Notes under the pieces: generated by a model | Told to the model about the DNA's origin: nothing | The model's input: the letters and a program-made list of their open reading frames with translations, nothing else | Databases searched by the model: none | Made by a program: the position numbers and the translations under genes | Shown here: positions 57,710-64,000 of the stretch, piece after piece | How the letters are laid out: each line of letters begins with the position of its first letter | Numbering within the stretch: position 1 is the first letter of the stretch | Source of the DNA: the human T2T-CHM13v2.0 reference genome, Homo sapiens | NCBI RefSeq assembly: GCF_009914755.1 | Contig: NC_060932.1 | Length of the DNA: 64,000 nucleotides | Direction: 5' to 3' (one strand)

Positions 57710-57998
57710 GGCCAGGCAACACAGCTCATGTTCCCAGCACTTTGGGAGACAGAGGCAAGAGGATTGCTTGAGAACAGGAGATCGAGAACAGCCTGGACAA
57801 TATAGTGAGACTTCGCCTCTACAAAAAATAAAAAATTAGCCAGGCACGGTGGTATGTGTCTGTAGTCCCAACTACTCGGGAGGCTAAGGCTGGAGAATCG
57901 CTTGAGCCCTGAGTTCAAGGCTGCAGTAAGCTATGATTGCACCACTGCCTCCAGTCTGAGCACAAATCTTTACTAAGACCCTGTCTCTGAAAATAAAG
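57710..57998 (+). mobile_element. Alu SINE, AluJ-like
   Basis: Diverged dimeric Alu with GAGTTCAAGGCTGCAGTAAGCTATGATTG. Confidence 0.9.
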
Positions 57999-60456
57999 GC
58001 TTCTGTGGCTTTTCAGCAGAATAGATTCCAACTCCCCCAAGCCCAGTCAAAGCTTCTCAAATCTGGCCCCACTGGACTACCCCAATGTGTCTCCCATCCC
58101 TTGGTGTGGACACAGCCTTGGTGAGCACGCTTCCTCAGCCCTGTCCACTCCCCAGTCTAGGCCAGTGCTCACATCTCCCTGTCCTTCTGGCCCTCACCCC
58201 CATCCATCACATGCACAAATGCTGCTCCCCTCTCCCCTACACCCATCGAATCCAAGCCATTCTCCAAGCAGCACCTAAAGACCCAGCTCTTCCAAGAGTG
58301 CTCCCTAAACACTCCAGCAGACATTGTTCCCCCTTTGCTCTGAAATACTCTATTCTTGCCATTTGCTATCCTTATTAGAGGAACTTCAAGTCCTGATGAA
58401 GCCATGATTCATGGTTTTATGACTTCCACTAGATCGTTTGCACTGAAGGGGAGAAAGCCCTGAATAACAGACTCCAGACTTAGTGCTCCAAGAGTCTAAG
58501 CCACTTTCCACTCCAGAATTGCTGCACTGGGGCAGGATGGAGTGGAGCAGGGTGGGAGCTGGTATAGTGTGAATGTTCCTGCTTGAAAGCTCATGACCTT
58601 TGTATATATTGCCTTCAGCCTTGCCCTGGTTCTATGACACTGAGTCACCCAACTTGTTTCTGGGTCTATTTCTAATCTGTGTCCCCGGACAACTCAGGAG
58701 AGTGTCATTCACTTAGACTGTAAATGACTGTTACCCCCTAGATTGCTCAGTACACAACCTGCAACAACCACATGTAGCAGTCCTGTCCAACACCTGGAAG
58801 TCCGTCTTTGTGTAGCTGTCTATCTATGGCCCCCAGCAACAAAAGGAGATCACACAGAGGATGAGTTCAGTTGAAAATGCAGCCTGTGGCCTGGAGAGGG
58901 ACAGCCTATGTTCCCTGGCATTCTCTGGTTCAAGTGCCAGGAACCAGGCTGAACCACCACCTGGCATCTTGTCATGCCCTCGCTCCCTCTCCATGATGAG
59001 GAAGCCCTGGGCAAGACCTTGGGCCAAGCCAAGGGTTGACCCACATTGCTGTTGCCTGGGATTCTGACAGTCATCACCATTCATTTGAAACTTTTGGCTA
59101 AAATTCTTAGAAGCTCCTGAATTTCAAGTGACTTCCCAACATACAGTCCCTCTCCATTTTCTTCATTTTCTATTCCCCAGGGAGCACACTGACCTCATGG
59201 GCTGCCCACATGCTTGTGGGGAGCCCATCATGGAGGGGACTGAGCCTGAGTCATTCTATTAAGAGTTTCCAAACCGTGCGTCAGCATGGGCCACTCTGCA
59301 GCAAGCAGGAAATTATCAGTAGAAGTGGAAGTGACAGGGCGTTTAGTAAACATTCAACCAAGGGAGCTTAAAAGGTCTTGGAGCATTGTTAAATAAACAT
59401 TTAGGATGACTGAGAGGGCAGAATATGAAATGGAAAAGAAAGTGTAAACACGTTCTGTGGGTGGGAGAGGATTTGTCGTTCTTCCATCTTCTGGTCACAG
59501 GGCTATGAGGATGCTAGGCATCATCTGAATGAAGCTGTTACTTGAAATAAAATTACGCTTTCCAAGATGGAGAACCAATCAACAGACATTCAGAGGAAAG
59601 GAACTGGGTCTATTTGTTCATCTCGATAGTCAGGTTTGACTCTGATACTCATGTCCTGAGATGCTAGGCCAGGTCTAAGAGGGTCCCAGGGCACACCTGG
59701 CTCAGGACCTCACCCTCCGAGATGCCCAACAGGCAAACCAGCGCTGGGACCGAACAGCCTCACCTGAGTTCCAAGTAGCTCATGTGAGCCTCAGAACAAC
59801 CCCAGGAGGCAGGCATTCTCACCAGGGGTAGACTGATGCTGAGAGAGATGAAGGGCACAGAGGGAGTGGCAGAACCACAGTGGGGACTTGGGGACTCCAA
59901 TCTGTGTGCTCCAGAGTCCCCACCTTCAGCAGCACCCTGCATTTCCATGAAGCGCCATGAGGTGCCCCCGCCAAGCCCCTCCCAGGGCATCACAAAGAGG
60001 AGCAAAAGGGAGAGACAGAGGCAGTGGAGGGCCAGGCCCACAGCAATGGAGTGATGACCAGAGTGACGAGAATGTGGGTGGTGGAGATCCAGACCTTGGC
60101 AGCATCACAGCGCACAGCATTTGCTGGCCCTTCTTTGCTCTAGAAGGTTCTCTGCTGCTAATTTGTAGGAGGTTAATTTCTTACATGTCTCCAATCAGTC
60201 CAGGGAAAGGGCAGAGAGGAATCAGCCTGGGAGCAGGCCTGGGCCAAACAGGGGGCTTTTGGGGGAAGCCAGCCTACCCATTCTGGCAGTGTCACACTTA
60301 ACAAAGAATCTGGAAGCCTTTCTCCTGTTCTGCCACAGTGGCTCAAGTTGGCTAGTAATCTTCTCAGGGCTTTATTTATTCCCGATTTCCTACAAATGCA
60401 GAAGACATGAACATAAGGTTAGTGGGCATGTCTTCTAAGGATGATCCCCCACCCAA

Positions 60457-60965
60457 AACACACACATACACACACAAACACACATACGGACACACACAGA
60501 CACACGGACATACAAACACATTTGCATACATGCACACATGCAAGCCCACACATGCACACATGCACAGAATGCACACATATGCACACACACTAACACACAC
60601 AGACACATGGGCACACAATACATGCAAACACAATGCACACACATATGTGTAAACAGACATCCACACATACATGTAAACACACATGCACACACAAGCATGC
60701 ACGTGCACACACATGTACATGCAAGCACACACATAGACACATGGACATGCAAACATGTGCATACATAAACACATGCAAGTACACACGTGCACACATGCAC
60801 AGAATGCGCACACACAGACATGGGTACACAAACACATGTGCATGAACACACAAGCAAACACACATGCACACACAAACATGCATATACACATGTACACAAT
60901 GCACACGTGCACACACGAGCATGCACACATGAAAACACACGCATATGCATACACACATACATGTA
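60457..60965. repeat. ~510-bp degenerate CA/CATG-rich simple repeat
   Basis: Mosaic of CACA, CATG, TGCA, TACA units; source of the C/V/M-rich and H/T-rich ORFs. Confidence 0.95.
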
Positions 60966-62631
60966 CCACCCCCTTCCCGAAATAACTAGGACGACCAAAC
61001 ACCAGGGATTGCCACAGTCCACCTCCCCACAAGGGAGCCTCAGCTGGGCTGTGCCTTCTACTCTGGCACCTGGAGTTCGTAAGAACTTAACAAAGCGAAG
61101 CAAAGCCAGGCAAGGCAAGTAAATAAATAATGATTCAAGAAGTGCAAGAAAACAGCAGCAGAGCCAGATGCATCTAGCATCTTTTCCAGAGCTTCCACAA
61201 CAGGCTATGACCTTGCCTGTGTTTGCAGGCTTATTCCATACCTCTGGTTCTTTAACTACCTCCATCCTCGAAGCTGCCCCAAGGCTCCCCATTATGCAAG
61301 CTGGAAGTAGGGGCCAACACCCCAACTGCTCTCCGTTAGACTTGCACAGTCTGCCAGTATCTCGCTTGTTGCTCCCTCTCAGTTTTCTCTCTCCTGACCC
61401 CAGGTTTCTCTGGCATCTCAGGGTCTGTGTCACCCTGGCTTTCCTAAGTGCTCCCATCCTTCCAGGACCTGCTCCACCTTCCTCTTTAGGAAGACTCCCT
61501 CGCCCACTCCAGGCCAAAAAGACTCCTTCTTCCCCTGAATCCCTCCAGCATTTTCAAGCCTAGAGCTTGGCTTCCTCCCTTTATGCCAAGCCAATTAGTC
61601 CTGACTCGTCACTTAGGCCCTAAATCCTTGGGATCAGAGACCACAGTGCTGTTTCTTTGCCACCTGGCACATCACGAGGGCTTGTTAGCTGGCCGGGAGG
61701 GGAACATCTGTCCTTTTTGTGATCCATCCAGGCCAGCAGTAATCACGGCAACTGGGCTGGCAGCTGCTGGCTCTGGCTGGACAGGCTGGTCCAAGGCCCA
61801 AGTGAACATACTCCAGAGACCTGGGAACTTCAGCAAAGCCTCGGCACCTGCCCAGATCTGCAACAGGCTCAATCTGTACCTCCAACATCAAACTTGGACC
61901 TCACTTCTGCTGTGTTGAACTAGATCAGTGACACAAAGAAAGGGGAAAGAAAGAATATTAAAATAGCCTTCACAATTCCATATTCAATCAGTTATGAACT
62001 TCCACAAACAAGGTTCAATCTTCTCCAAATGGAAGTTACTTTGATACTATAGTACAGTGACTCAAAAGAACATTTACTGTTTGTATGGTTGCAACTGCTG
62101 GCAGGGCCTCTCTGAAGCCTCACACATGTATATTTCCTTACATGGGCTAGGATTTTTAGCTCTCTTTTTGTTGTAACATAATTATACATTTTATATGTGA
62201 GGCTCTTTCCATGTGGGTATTTTTCAAAATGCTGTAGGAGTTCCCATGTTGGATGGAGTTCCCAAAAACATTGACAGGGAGAAGTGAGAGGAAGCAGAAG
62301 GTCCGCAGTGAGGCCATTTGTGCACATGTAAGACTGTGGTGTCCCTGTTCTGGTCTGCAAGAGAGACTCCAGGCTTTAGAACAAGATGTGGGTGTCAACT
62401 CCAGGTCTGCCACCTAGATCTATGTGCCCTTAGACCAGTGACTGACTGTCTGAGAGAGATCCTCTTTTTTTATATCTGTAATAAAAGGAGTATACAGATA
62501 TTCCTTGCCTCACAATAAGGTTATGTCCTGATAAACTCATCATAAATTGAAAATATCCCAAGTTGAAAATTCATTTAATACATCCAACCTACTGAACATA
62601 ACTCAGCCTAGCCTACTTTAAATGTGCCTGA

Positions 62632-63657
<1,026 letters not shown>

Positions 63658-63794
63658 TCGGCCGTTCACCCTTGTGATTGCAGGGCTGACTAGGAGCTGC
63701 GGCTCGCTGCTCTCTAGCATCAAGAGACAGCATCAAATGCATATTGCTAGCCTGGGAAAAGGTTATAATTCAAAATTCGAAGTGCAGGTCCATC

Positions 63795-64000
63795 TGTGTT
63801 AGTCTCTTATGGATGCCATAACGAAATACTACTATCCAGGAGGCTTAAAGCAACAGAAACATATTCTCTCAGAGCTCTGGAGGCCAGAAGTTTAAATTCA
63901 AGGTGTCGGCAGGGCTACACTGCCTCTGTAGGTGATGAGGAAAAACCTCCTTGCCTCTCCAGCTTCTGGAAGCTGCCAGCAAAGTTTGGCTTACAGACAC
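63795..64000 (-). mobile_element. MaLR LTR (MLT1C-like), runs off the window
   Basis: GGCTTAAAGCAACAGAAACATATTCTCTCAGAGCTCTGGAGGCCAGAAGTTTAAATTCAAGGTGTCGGCAGGG. Confidence 0.8.

Noticed and set aside
60376-61517. 360-aa and 218-aa Cys/Val/Met-rich ORFs
   Set aside because: Stop-free reading of the (TG/CA)-rich simple repeat; no recognisable domain

Overview
Primate (human-like) non-coding genomic DNA, intergenic or deep intronic. About 38 Alu/FLAM copies or fragments (J, S and one Y-type) occur together with MIR, L2, old L1, MaLR (MLT1/MST/THE1), ERVL (MLT2, LTR32-like) and ERV1 (MER41B-like and other) LTRs, DNA-transposon relics (MER82, MER47/Tigger5, MER2, MER30, MER3, MER5A, MER58A, MADE1) and several microsatellites. 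I can support no protein-coding gene, RNA gene or CRISPR array: the long ORFs are Alu-derived or low-complexity. I cannot identify the locus from sequence alone, and I found no convincing new biological system. The most notable observations are (i) multi-layer nested insertions with readable target-site duplications (TSDs), (ii) a ~560-bp almost pure-purine tract apparently grown from one Alu tail, (iii) LTRs retaining promoter/STAT-type motifs, and (iv) a unique-sequence motif cluster with a perfect 12-bp inverted repeat at ~57 kb. Repeat family names come from my recall of consensus sequences; subfamily calls and old-element boundaries are approximate and need RepeatMasker/Dfam confirmation.
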